Of a stretch of 64,000 bases of DNA, positions 51,331 through 60,894 are shown piece after piece. The notes beneath the pieces were generated by a model. It worked only from the letters and a program-made list of their open reading frames with translations. It was not told the DNA's origin and ran no database searches. Both the position numbers and the translations under genes were made by a program. Origin of the DNA: Candidatus Poribacteria bacterium (lineage in GTDB: Bacteria > Poribacteria > WGA-4E > WGA-3G); contig OZ251518.1 in the NCBI GenBank assembly GCA_965242965.1, forward strand, positions 2,688,001 to 2,752,000, written 5' to 3'. Each line of letters begins with the position of its first letter. Within the stretch, counting starts at the first letter, position 1.

Positions 51331-53262
51331 TTAAATCCAACTATACACCGCCGAACGCAACACCAAACTCAACAGCGGCCAAAAACAGCCCATCAACGCT
51401 TCCCCAAGCACCAATCCGATGAAAAACGGCACCGCACGCCGATACGCGTTCACACCGCCGTGCCGGAGGATAACCCATTTCGCCACCATCGCCAAGAAAA
51501 GCGGAAACCAGATTACGTCTGTCGTCCCCGGCGCAACACCGATGACATACCCTGCCGGATGCAACGGACACCACACGAAACGCGAACGGAGAAACATGAT
51601 ACCCAAATTCGCCGCAAAGGCGAGGCATAAAACCGAGGTCGCCAGCCAATCTGTCGGTTTCGGACTCACCAGCCACGATGAGAGGAAGTTGTAGGTATCC
51701 GCACCACCGGCGTGAATTTGTTCGGAACCAGCGGCGACTCCTTCTCGATAAATCGCATACGGATAGAGGATCAGACTAGACAAAATCCCGACGAGACTCG
51801 CAATTATTAGCACGATGAACATCGTGCGGTTGCGAATGCCGGTGCGTTCAGCAAGTTTGAACGCCTCCAGCTGGTCTGGCATAGGATGCGTTCTGAAGGA
51901 GGCATAACTCGCGCCGCTCAGCCAATTCAGCAGCGAGAGCATCGTGAGGTTGCCCGGTTTCAGTCGCCGCGTGCCAAGCAGCGAAATCATCATATATTGC
52001 GGTGTCAAATAGCCGATGGCGTGTATCGGCGGGCCCAGTTCTGCACGCATGCGCGTTAATCCGACAACAATCATCAGGTAAATCGCAATGAAAATCGCGA
52101 ATGCCCACACCGACATCCCACCACGGACACAGAATATCGCCAGCAAAAGCAGCGAGACACCGAGCGTTATCACCGCACTGCGATGCGAGAGTGCTTCGGT
52201 TTTCGTGGTTTCGCGATTCGGGCGGAATACCTGCGAAAATACGGATGCAAAATGCTTGCGCGCGTGCCAGCAAGCGATAGCCAGAAGCGCAAGCAATGCA
52301 CCGGCTCCTTGTTCGCCGAAAAACGGATAGCCCGGCAACGCCGCTATACCCGCCATGCTCCCGAAGAGCAGTTGTCCCTTTTTCATGAAGTAGAAGAAGG
52401 TGCAGGAAAACGCCAGATCCAGCGGTAAAATGAACGAAAACCCGATGAGATATGGGTGAAAACGGAGCGGTGTGCTACCCATCGCGCTCCACGGCTTCTG
52501 CGTGAAGTAAATGTTCAGATTATACTTTCTGACAGGAATTTCTGGCAGCACGGGAAAAAAGAACTGCAATCCGTTGAGCAGATTGATGCCGGCGGCTATC
52601 CCGAATCCAATCCACAGCAGACGGTTGTTAAAAATACTACGGCCTGTCGTTATCTCCAGCGGAATTTGGATAATCGGGTATGCCAGTTTTTCGTTCTCGA
52701 TCCACTGCTTGCGGAGAAGCGAAGTGAGACATAAGAAAATCAGCATCAACAGGAAGACCACGGCAGACCAGGACAGAATCGGCACAATCCAATATTGCAC
52801 GTATCCTTCCGTAAAAAAGTTCACCTCGCCTTCATAGAAATCGTGGACAACTCTCGGTTCTTTCACCACCAGCCATTCGGGGAGGTGATGGAACAGTAGT
52901 GCTTCCCAGTCATTTTCCGGCGTAGCGAAGCGGAAGGCGTAAGGGATAAGCCCCATCAAGCGCGGGATGCAGTCGTGTCCCGAAAACGCGCTGCCGACAG
53001 CGAGCATGGCGTATACAACGAGCAAATCTCGCTGTTGCATCGCAGCGCGTGGAAAGATGCGCTGCACGCCGAGGTTCAGCACCGTAATCATCAAAATACC
53101 GAACATGACGTTGACGGACATCGCCACCGTGGTCAGGTGTGCAGTGTGCCAAATCATTTCGACGTAGGCAATCCAGTAACTATTCGCAATGATGAGGACT
53201 GCGCCGATGAACACCGCGCGTTTCGCAATGGCGTGTCCTGTCTGTTTTTTTGTTGTTCGCAT
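51331..53262 (-). CDS. multi-pass membrane protein (DUF6785/DUF6784-like), paralog of 15719-17626
   Basis: RKQWIENEKLAYPIIQIP, RMRAELG, CPLHPAG, YRRAVPFFIGL. Confidence 0.75.
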   Translation of the reverse strand: MRTTKKQTGHAIAKRAVFIGAVLIIANSYWIAYVEMIWHTAHLTTVAMSVNVMFGILMITVLNLGVQRIFPRAAMQQRDLLVVYAMLAVGSAFSGHDCIPRLMGLIPYAFRFATPENDWEALLFHHLPEWLVVKEPRVVHDFYEGEVNFFTEGYVQYWIVPILSWSAVVFLLMLIFLCLTSLLRKQWIENEKLAYPIIQIPLEITTGRSIFNNRLLWIGFGIAAGINLLNGLQFFFPVLPEIPVRKYNLNIYFTQKPWSAMGSTPLRFHPYLIGFSFILPLDLAFSCTFFYFMKKGQLLFGSMAGIAALPGYPFFGEQGAGALLALLAIACWHARKHFASVFSQVFRPNRETTKTEALSHRSAVITLGVSLLLLAIFCVRGGMSVWAFAIFIAIYLMIVVGLTRMRAELGPPIHAIGYLTPQYMMISLLGTRRLKPGNLTMLSLLNWLSGASYASFRTHPMPDQLEAFKLAERTGIRNRTMFIVLIIASLVGILSSLILYPYAIYREGVAAGSEQIHAGGADTYNFLSSWLVSPKPTDWLATSVLCLAFAANLGIMFLRSRFVWCPLHPAGYVIGVAPGTTDVIWFPLFLAMVAKWVILRHGGVNAYRRAVPFFIGLVLGEALMGCFWPLLSLVLRSAVYSWI

Positions 53263-53505
53263 CGGTGGGCGTGCTTATGCGATGAAACGCACGCAGTTTG
53301 TATAGGCATGTCCTTTCGGATAGGGTTGTGCGATTTACGGTAAATTATGCGAGGCGAAAATTTGCTTGTTGATTTTCCTGTCAATATGATATACTAAAAT
53401 AAGGAACGATGTCAAGAGAAATTGTCGCGGCTTAGCCATCAGAAATTCCTTGACTTCTACCCGATTTTTAAGGTATAATTTAGAAGGACAGACGCAAAAC
53501 GAACT

Positions 53506-53536
53506 CGGTAGGCGCGGTTTGAAACCGCGCCTACCG
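53506..53536. repeat. perfect GTAG-REP palindrome cggtaggcgcggtttgaaaccgcgcctaccg
   Basis: 15-bp arms; degenerate relatives near 8596, 9887, 10738. Confidence 0.8.
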
Positions 53537-53623
53537 GTGAAGAATTATAGCACTTGCGGAAGTCTTGTCTGATAATTACTGAGCCTTTTTGATAATCACT
53601 TAACCTAATAGGAGACTTTGAAA

Positions 53624-54736
53624 ATGGAATTAACTTTCCAAAAAGAACCCCTCTTGCACTCGCTGCAGGTGCTACAAGGCGTTGCAAGTGGGCGCAATAC
53701 CTTACCGATTCTGTCAAACGTCCTCATCCGTGCCGAGGCGGGGAACATTGAATGTATCGCGACAGACCTCGAGGTGGGCATCCGCGTCAAGGTGGACGGC
53801 AATATCCAAGAAGAAGGCGCGATTACCGTTTCCGCCAAAAAATTGGCGGACATTGTCAAAGAGCTGCCAGCCAAGGATATCCGCCTGACGACTACCGCGA
53901 ATGACCGGGTGGAATTGGAGTGCGGCAACGGCGTTTACAAAATCATTGGCCTGCCCGATGAGGAATTCCCGCAGCTCCCCTCCGTTGACGGTGAGGCACT
54001 GAACATTGATGGAGAAACGCTGCGCGGCGTTCTCGCAAAAACCGAATTTGCGGCATCTACCGAAGAAGTCCGGTATTTCCTCAACGGGCTCTATTTCAAC
54101 CTTCTTGAAGAGAGGACGGAAGTAGTCGCAACGGATGGCCGGCAACTCGCGCTGGCGCACTTCGATCCGCTCACACCGCCGGAAGGTGTGACAGGGTTCA
54201 TCGTGCCGCTCAAGGCGGTGCGCGAAATCGCCAAAACCTTCGCGAGCTCCGACTCCGTGAACGTCTCCATTTTCGAGAACCAGATCTTGTTCTCCGATGA
54301 GCACGCGACGTTGACGACGCGGTTGGTAGAAGGGGAATACCCGAAGTATGAGAAGATTATCCCCGAACCGGAGGCGACAGAAGGCCGCACCGTTTTAAAC
54401 CGAGAGGCGATGCTCAGGGCGACGCGCCGCGTTTCCTTGCTGTCTAACCCGAAAAACTACTCTGTCTGCTTGGAGATTAACGAAGAAGAGCCGAATATCC
54501 GAATCTCGGCGAAGACACCAGAACTCGGTGAGGCGCACGAAACCGTCGGTGTTGAGTCCTGCACGAAGAGTGTGCGGATCGGGTTCGATGCACGGCTGCT
54601 GATGGAGGCACTCGCGCACATTGACGCGGAAAATATCCAATTGGAATTCTCCGGCGAGTTGAATCCGGTTGTTGCGAAGCCGGCGGATGAGCCGGGGCAT
54701 ACGTGCCTCATCATGCCGATGCGGTTGGAATCGTAA
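53624..54736 (+). CDS. dnaN: DNA polymerase III beta clamp
   Basis: LPILSNVLI, ATDLE, RYFLNG, ATDG, IMPMR; promoter TTGACT-18-TATAAT at 53450-53479. Confidence 0.97.
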   Translation: MELTFQKEPLLHSLQVLQGVASGRNTLPILSNVLIRAEAGNIECIATDLEVGIRVKVDGNIQEEGAITVSAKKLADIVKELPAKDIRLTTTANDRVELECGNGVYKIIGLPDEEFPQLPSVDGEALNIDGETLRGVLAKTEFAASTEEVRYFLNGLYFNLLEERTEVVATDGRQLALAHFDPLTPPEGVTGFIVPLKAVREIAKTFASSDSVNVSIFENQILFSDEHATLTTRLVEGEYPKYEKIIPEPEATEGRTVLNREAMLRATRRVSLLSNPKNYSVCLEINEEEPNIRISAKTPELGEAHETVGVESCTKSVRIGFDARLLMEALAHIDAENIQLEFSGELNPVVAKPADEPGHTCLIMPMRLES

Positions 54737-54772
54737 GCGGCACGGGGGACATTCTTCTCCTCCTTTTGAGCG

Positions 54773-54804
54773 ATAAGGACGGATAGAACGCTATCCGTCC
54801 TTAT
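54773..54804. terminator. perfect 14-bp stem hairpin after dnaN (terminator or REP-like)
   Basis: ataaggacggatag-aacg-ctatccgtccttat; no U-tract. Confidence 0.4.
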
Positions 54805-54830
54805 GCCAGAGCAGGGAACAGAGATGCATC

Positions 54831-55037
54831 ATGCAAAACAAAAACTTGCGACAGCAGGCGGTAACGCTAGTCGAACAACTTCCCGATGAGAAACTCAAAA
54901 CCGCTGTTGATTATCTCACTTCCCTTGAGGAGGAAGTTTTGCAAGACAGCGAGGCTCCTCAGAAAGGGCTTGGAACAGCAATCCATGAGATGTTCAAACC
55001 GTTCGGTGGGGTGGAATTGGAGATACCGCCACGGTAG
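54831..55037 (+). CDS. small orphan antitoxin-like protein
   Basis: LVEQLPDEKL N-terminus and GLGTAIHEMFKPFGGVELEIPPR tail. Confidence 0.5.
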   Translation: MQNKNLRQQAVTLVEQLPDEKLKTAVDYLTSLEEEVLQDSEAPQKGLGTAIHEMFKPFGGVELEIPPR

Positions 55038-55063
55038 TCAATGCGCGGGCAAGGAGAGAGGCT

Positions 55064-55696
55064 ATGAAAACCGTAATGAAAAGGGCTTTTGACCCTTCCA
55101 CTGAGCAAGCCTACGAAATAAAATTTCCGGCACCCGAAGAAGTCAAAAAAGCCATCCTTGAATTGGAATTTCCGCATGAGGGAATAACGGTTGGGGAAGC
55201 CGCCATTACGTTGGCTGATATCTTTCAATTGTCGGGCGAGCAGCGAGAAGCGAAGAACCGCGTGGGATACAAAACGTTCCGTTACGATATCGTCATGCCT
55301 GCTTTTAAGGAGTTGTCGGATGAAAGGAGGTTAGAGCAACCCAAGGGACCGCATACCCCCTATGTCCGCACCGAAATTGAGCCGTTCACGCCGAATCCGG
55401 ACCCGCAGGTATCTGTTTCTATTGAAGAAATTTACCAACGGCTCCGCAAGGAGTTGACAGGGGACTTGATACAAATCATCAGGGAGTGCTTAGCCCCCTA
55501 CGAGAAACGCTTCGACAAAATCGATGCGCGCTTTGACAAAATTGATGCGCGATTTGAGCAACTCCACGAGGACATCCTGAAACTCGCCTTAACTGTTGAA
55601 AGGTTAAGCACCGAGGTTGAGTGGATGAAGCGGATAGTGCTTGGGATTGGCGGGGGTATCCTCCTCTATATCATCAAGATGATTTTCTTCCCGTAG
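55064..55696 (+). CDS. Mrr-N-like winged helix + coiled-coil + C-terminal TM protein
   Basis: LADIFQLSGEQR..FRYDI, IEEIYQRLRKEL, FDKIDAR repeats, hydrophobic tail. Confidence 0.55.
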   Translation: MKTVMKRAFDPSTEQAYEIKFPAPEEVKKAILELEFPHEGITVGEAAITLADIFQLSGEQREAKNRVGYKTFRYDIVMPAFKELSDERRLEQPKGPHTPYVRTEIEPFTPNPDPQVSVSIEEIYQRLRKELTGDLIQIIRECLAPYEKRFDKIDARFDKIDARFEQLHEDILKLALTVERLSTEVEWMKRIVLGIGGGILLYIIKMIFFP

Positions 55697-56167
55697 ATGC
55701 AAGCCGCGAGCACGACTATCGTGCGTTAAAACGAATACGGTTGGCGCGCGGACAAAGCGCGCTCACCAACAATCAGGAGACTGATTCGGTTTAGAAAGCA
55801 TATTTCAGCAAACCATCACATTTTAACTCTCTGTGCGGAGTTGCTCTTCGTGCGGTTAATCGCGATGGCGTGGACCGTCAATATCCCAGATCTGGTTTTC
55901 CTTGCTGTCCTCAAAACAGCACTCGATAAGGCATAGGAGCCCTTCACATCGGTATTGAGACGAACAGCGGCTGCGAACAAACGAATGCTATTACCGCGGA
56001 GGAAATGGCATCCTTGACGAGTCTGAATGGCAATGATTTCAGAGAGATCAGTTATCCCCTTACGTAGTTTGAGATCGCCCGATCTCAAACAAATGTTAAT
56101 GAGGAAATAGGTATCTTGTGCAATGTAGGTTCACAACCTATGTTCTACTAGAGAAGGAGACTACTGA

Positions 56168-57328
56168 GTGCACAACAAAACTGTCAACCTTGACAACCCT
56201 GAAAATGGCGAGGCCTACTATATCAGAGGATTCGGCCACTACGAAGCTGGCGATTATGATAAAGCTATCGCGGACTTTGACGAGGCACTCCGGATTGACA
56301 CCGAGAATGCTGAAGCCTACAAACTCAGAGCATCTGCCTACGCGGCTAAAGGGGACCACGATAAGGCTATCAAGGACTTCACCAAGGCCATTAGCATTGA
56401 TCCCAACGATGCCACAACCTATAATCGGAGAGGGTACAGCTACTCACACAGAGGCTATTATGACGGGTCTATCAAAGACTACAATAGGGGACTTCAGATC
56501 ACCCCTAACGATGCCGCCATCTATAACAATAGGGGATTCGCTTATGCTGCGAAAGGCGAATCCGACAAAGCCATCGCCGATTATAGCAAGGCTATCGCTT
56601 TTCTGCCTAACTATGCCACTGCCTATATTAATCGGGCGTATGTCCACTCGCGCAAAGGCGATTATGAGCTGGCTATTGAAGACTGCACCAAGGCTCTCAG
56701 CATCAAGCCCGACTATGCGACTGCCTATACTAGAAGAGGATGGGCATACGCTTTTAAAGGCGAATCTGACAAAGCTATCGTAGACTTCAACAAGGCTATC
56801 AACTGCGATCCCAACTTCGCCACAACTTACGATGGCATGGGGTATGCCTATGCAGCCAAGGGCGATTATGATAGTGCCCTCAGGAACTACAACAAGGCTA
56901 TCAGTCTCAAGCCTAACCACGCTCCCCTCTACCTCAGCAGAGGCGATTTATATTGCGATATGGGTAAACGCGCGAGGGCCATTGAAGACTACGATAACGC
57001 CGTCAGACTCTGTCCTAACTATCAGACAGACTTCGTTAACCACAAAATGCACAAGTTCATTAAAGGCCAGGATGCGGTTAACGGGGCTATTAACCTATTG
57101 GCCAGCGTAATTGGCATTCCACCGGGTAAAAGCCTTGCTGATTTTTTGATCAATCTGATTGACAATCGAGATAAAAATCCTGCAGCCTTCTACTATGCGG
57201 GCGTGCACGCACTATTCCAGAACGATGGGGTTTCGGCTGCGAGATGTTTCAAGTTAGCTTTGAGTTTTGGATACGAAGACTCAGCTAAGATTGAGCAACA
57301 TCTTGAAAATCTCGCGAATCGGACATAG
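56168..57328 (+). CDS. tetratricopeptide repeat protein
   Basis: Repeated A.Y.NRG..Y..KG..DKAI.D..KAI...P units; GGAG RBS. Confidence 0.9.
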   Translation: MHNKTVNLDNPENGEAYYIRGFGHYEAGDYDKAIADFDEALRIDTENAEAYKLRASAYAAKGDHDKAIKDFTKAISIDPNDATTYNRRGYSYSHRGYYDGSIKDYNRGLQITPNDAAIYNNRGFAYAAKGESDKAIADYSKAIAFLPNYATAYINRAYVHSRKGDYELAIEDCTKALSIKPDYATAYTRRGWAYAFKGESDKAIVDFNKAINCDPNFATTYDGMGYAYAAKGDYDSALRNYNKAISLKPNHAPLYLSRGDLYCDMGKRARAIEDYDNAVRLCPNYQTDFVNHKMHKFIKGQDAVNGAINLLASVIGIPPGKSLADFLINLIDNRDKNPAAFYYAGVHALFQNDGVSAARCFKLALSFGYEDSAKIEQHLENLANRT

Positions 57329-57446
57329 CAGACTGAGCCGCCTTTGGCCTGCCTACTATGCACCACAATACCTGCTGCGGAAGAACCTGCCCTAGGATTC
57401 GGGGCAGGTTTCAATAGCAGCCTACGGTTTTTTAGAGGATTTTAGG

Positions 57447-57587
57447 GAGGGTGTTTCATATATCAATGCCTTTCCTGATAGGAGAGCCCTCCCGATCTCG
57501 ATTTCTGCCCCTACCGGCAATTCTCCATTTTTTCACCGTATCGCGGGGGCTTTCACCGCGACGTTGAGCGATTTATGAAACACCCTC
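57447..57587 (+). mobile_element. short MITE-like element, near-perfect 8-bp TSD
   Basis: gagggtgtttcata ... tatgaaacaccctc; attttagg (57439-57446) vs attttagt (57588-57595). Confidence 0.8.
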
Positions 57588-57595
57588 ATTTTAGT

Positions 57596-59467
57596 CTATA
57601 CATACAACGCCTCGCGCAACTCCAAAATGCGTTGGTAATTTTTATGAGCAACGACGACGAGCATTGCCTTTGCACGGCTCATGCCTGTATAAAGGAGCCT
57701 GTTCAGGTGTTTTTCGCGGGGAAGCGTGATTCCACCTTCCAAAACAACCGTATCCTCGGCCATCGGAAGAACTAGAATAACCACGTCGCTTTCCAGCCCT
57801 TGGAAGTCATAGACATCACTATACCTGAGTGTATTCCTGAGCGAGGAATCGCCAGGGATCACAACCCCTTCCGCGTACTTAAAATCTGCCTCTGAAATTT
57901 CCCGTATGTTGCGAGGTTTCCAACCAGCGTACTCGCGCTCGGTATCAAACTCGTTGCCGATACCGCTGGACAGCAGGATTATTTGCTCAGGGTGGAAATT
58001 GGCATTTTGCCAATCGGATAGCAAATTATCCAGCAGATTTTCCAAATCTTCTGGGGAGTTGAAGTATTCGATTTGAACGTCGGGCCCGTACACGCCAGAT
58101 CTCGGTGGAGCTTCAATATCAACCAACATCGCGATTTTAGTCGCTATTTCCTCTGTATTCCGGCAGTTGGTTTCCAGCCGGTCGTTGGCCCAATAGAGTC
58201 CAAAGTCCGCCAGCACATCCGTTCCCTTTCTACCGAGTTCAGTCGGATAGACGATATCTTGATGGGTGAAATCGCCAAACATTGTCCAGCGTCCCCCAGC
58301 CAATCCGTCTTTCAGCAGCGCGTCCATCAGTTTAAGGAACACTGGATCGCACAGATTCTGTGCCTCGTCGACAATCAGATAGTCGAAAATGCCCTTCTGG
58401 CTCAGATCCTCAACCGTCTCCTCTACGAACTGTTCCCACTGGTCATCCAGATAACCGGACTTCAGCGAACCTTCAAGATTTGGGGAATTTTCCAATCTCC
58501 GCTGGTGCTTCTCCGCAAACGTTGGGTCTGCGAAAACTGAATCTTCGCTGAAAGCCCGAAGTGGCAGTGTCGCGGGCGTGCCTGCTACAATCGCACCCCA
58601 AAAATTTCCCGCCCAGGCATCAAAACGCTCGCTCAGATTTCGGTTGCTGCACAGTAGGGCGACGATTTCACCGTCATCACAACGCTGTTTGGCAAGTTCC
58701 ATCGCAAGGACAGTTTTGCCTGTGCCGGCAGCACCATCAATCACACAACGGTGATTCTGCTCGGTTAATTTCAAACTGTTAAGTTGATTGGTTGTCAGCC
58801 GCAGCAACAACGCGCGGTAAGTCGTTAATTCGGAAGCGTCTATCTTGTCTGGTTCGATCACCTCTCCACTGCCCTCCAAGGTAGTCCGCAGTTGATCTAG
58901 GGATTCCAATGCTTCCCTTGATTTCTCAGGATTAGTACTAAGTAGAGTCCTCACAGATTGTGGGGGCAGTTCGGTGGCATAATCTTTTAACATGTTCCCC
59001 AGTTTATTAGCGTCCCGGGCAACATATCTATCGATTATCAATGCTTCCTGAGGTAGCCTCACACCCTTCGGGAATTGACCGTCCGTGAATGCCACGGCGC
59101 ACCCAAGCGAAAGCAATGAATTTGCGGCAAAGTGGGAATCAAATTCATCCTTCAACGCAAACATCGCACTGCGGGACTGTTGGGGCGGCGGTTGAACCTC
59201 AACGCGCTGAGGCAGCCTATACCATCTCCCTTCGTCGATTTCATAGCCTCCGCCTTTTGCCTCAACGCAGATGATGGAGCAGTTATCTGCATTGAGGATA
59301 ACGAAATCAATCTCGCGCGGTCTTGCAAGACTTTTGGGATTTTTCACGCATTGTGAATGAAACACTACCCAATTTCTGGCATGAGGCGCGCTCTTAAGAT
59401 TCTCAAAAATGATTTTTTCTGACATCGGGGCATCGTCAGAAATTTCTGGGGGAATCATTTCGGGCAT
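57596..59467 (-). CDS. NERD nuclease domain + superfamily-1 helicase
   Basis: WVVFHS, EIDFVIL, CVEAKGG; GAAGTGKT, IVDEAQ, FQGLE, LYTGMSRA. Confidence 0.85.
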   Translation of the reverse strand: MPEMIPPEISDDAPMSEKIIFENLKSAPHARNWVVFHSQCVKNPKSLARPREIDFVILNADNCSIICVEAKGGGYEIDEGRWYRLPQRVEVQPPPQQSRSAMFALKDEFDSHFAANSLLSLGCAVAFTDGQFPKGVRLPQEALIIDRYVARDANKLGNMLKDYATELPPQSVRTLLSTNPEKSREALESLDQLRTTLEGSGEVIEPDKIDASELTTYRALLLRLTTNQLNSLKLTEQNHRCVIDGAAGTGKTVLAMELAKQRCDDGEIVALLCSNRNLSERFDAWAGNFWGAIVAGTPATLPLRAFSEDSVFADPTFAEKHQRRLENSPNLEGSLKSGYLDDQWEQFVEETVEDLSQKGIFDYLIVDEAQNLCDPVFLKLMDALLKDGLAGGRWTMFGDFTHQDIVYPTELGRKGTDVLADFGLYWANDRLETNCRNTEEIATKIAMLVDIEAPPRSGVYGPDVQIEYFNSPEDLENLLDNLLSDWQNANFHPEQIILLSSGIGNEFDTEREYAGWKPRNIREISEADFKYAEGVVIPGDSSLRNTLRYSDVYDFQGLESDVVILVLPMAEDTVVLEGGITLPREKHLNRLLYTGMSRAKAMLVVVAHKNYQRILELREALYV

Positions 59468-59704
59468 ATCCCTAACTCCTTGTTATCTAAAATGAAGTTG
59501 AATCAGACCGCGGCTCTAGGACGAGCTCGTCTGAAGCTCTGGCACATTGCGAAGCGAGTTTGACTGTTCGGGCTCAGGCGAGCCCGACTACAGTCAAGAA
59601 GTGGTTATGGAAGACCAAGACAAACCAAGTTAATTTGGTATTAGGTGCTGAGCCTTTCATATTTCAAAAGGCTTGCTAAATGAAGTCAACGAATATGATT
59701 CAAT

Positions 59705-59837
59705 TTAGGGCGAGGGACAGGCCCTCGCCCTACGGTATCGCGCTGAGGGACGCATGGCGAGGGACAGGCCCTCGCACTACGGTAAATAGAGCGGCTCTAC
59801 TTCACCTCTGGCGAGGGACAGGCCCTCGCCCTACGGT
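59705..59837. repeat. three tandem GTAG-REP palindromes (minus orientation)
   Basis: ggcgagggacaggccctcgc(c/a)ctacggta x3. Confidence 0.85.
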
Positions 59838-59879
59838 ATCATGCCGATGTTGGAAACTGAGCCGGTAAATAGAGTGGCC

Positions 59880-60785
59880 CTATTTCACCTCCGCGCCAGA
59901 CATTTGTTCTAATGCCAATAGCAACGCTTGCGTGCCGAGGCGGCCGTGCCCCTGCGCCTGCACCGCCGTATAGAGCTGATGCACTAACGCTAACCCCGGC
60001 AGACTCAAATTCATCTTGCGCGCCTCGTCTAAGGCGATGCTCATGTCCTTGATGAAATGCTCCACGAAGAAACCCGGGTCAAAGTCACGTTTCAATACAC
60101 GCGGTGCTAAATTGTCGAGGGACCAGCACGCTGCCGCGCCGCCACTAATCGACGACAACATCGTCTCTAAATCCAACCCGGCTTTGTAGCCGTAAAGTAA
60201 CCCTTCACAGACACCTATCATCGTGCCGGAGATGGTAATCTGGTTGCACATTTTGGTGTGCTGTCCTGCGCCCGCGCCGCCTTGATGGACAATGTTTTTG
60301 CCCATCGCCGAGAAGAGCGGCATCACCGCGCGCACGGCATCGACATCACCGCCTACCATGATGGAGAGGCGTGCCTCCCGCGCGCCGACATCACCACCCG
60401 AAACGGGGGCATCCACCGATAAGACACCCTGTGCCTGCGCCGCCGCGTAAATCTCTTGCGCGAGAGAAGGCTCTGTCGTCGTCATATCGACAACGATGCT
60501 GCCGCGTTTCGCGCCTTTTAAGATGCCGTTATCGCCGAGGTATACCTCGCGCACATCCGGTGGAAACCCGACAATCGTGAAGACAACATCGGATGCGGCG
60601 GCGACTTCACTCGGCGAATCTGCCCACGTCGCGCCGGCTTCGATGAGCGGCTCCGCCTTCGCTTTGGTGCGGTTGTAAACGGACATCGCGTAGCCGAGTT
60701 CCATCAGATGCTGGCACATCCAGCGTCCCATGACACCGGTGCCAATCCAACCGAGTTTCGTTGTGGTGGGTTCAATGGTTAGCAT
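59880..60785 (-). CDS. NAD(P)-dependent beta-hydroxyacid dehydrogenase (3-hydroxyisobutyrate DH family)
   Basis: [29 protein letters not shown]. Confidence 0.9.
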   Translation of the reverse strand: MLTIEPTTTKLGWIGTGVMGRWMCQHLMELGYAMSVYNRTKAKAEPLIEAGATWADSPSEVAAASDVVFTIVGFPPDVREVYLGDNGILKGAKRGSIVVDMTTTEPSLAQEIYAAAQAQGVLSVDAPVSGGDVGAREARLSIMVGGDVDAVRAVMPLFSAMGKNIVHQGGAGAGQHTKMCNQITISGTMIGVCEGLLYGYKAGLDLETMLSSISGGAAACWSLDNLAPRVLKRDFDPGFFVEHFIKDMSIALDEARKMNLSLPGLALVHQLYTAVQAQGHGRLGTQALLLALEQMSGAEVK

Positions 60786-60894
60786 AATCCTAATTCCTCT
60801 TTTGGTTTTACCGTAGCGCGAGGGCCTGTCCCTCGCGCTCGTAATGCCATCACCGTCGTGGACAATGATTCCGTTTGCGATGCAAGAGGCATCG

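Noticed and set aside
53340-53620. replication origin near dnaN
   Set aside because: No dnaA gene and no cluster of TTATCCACA boxes seen.
55816-56088. 90-aa minus-strand ORF
   Set aside because: No recognisable motif or RBS; cannot be supported.
59560-59597. independent ncRNA hairpin upstream of the NERD-helicase
   Set aside because: It is a member of the GTAG/GCCT-loop REP family on the minus strand.
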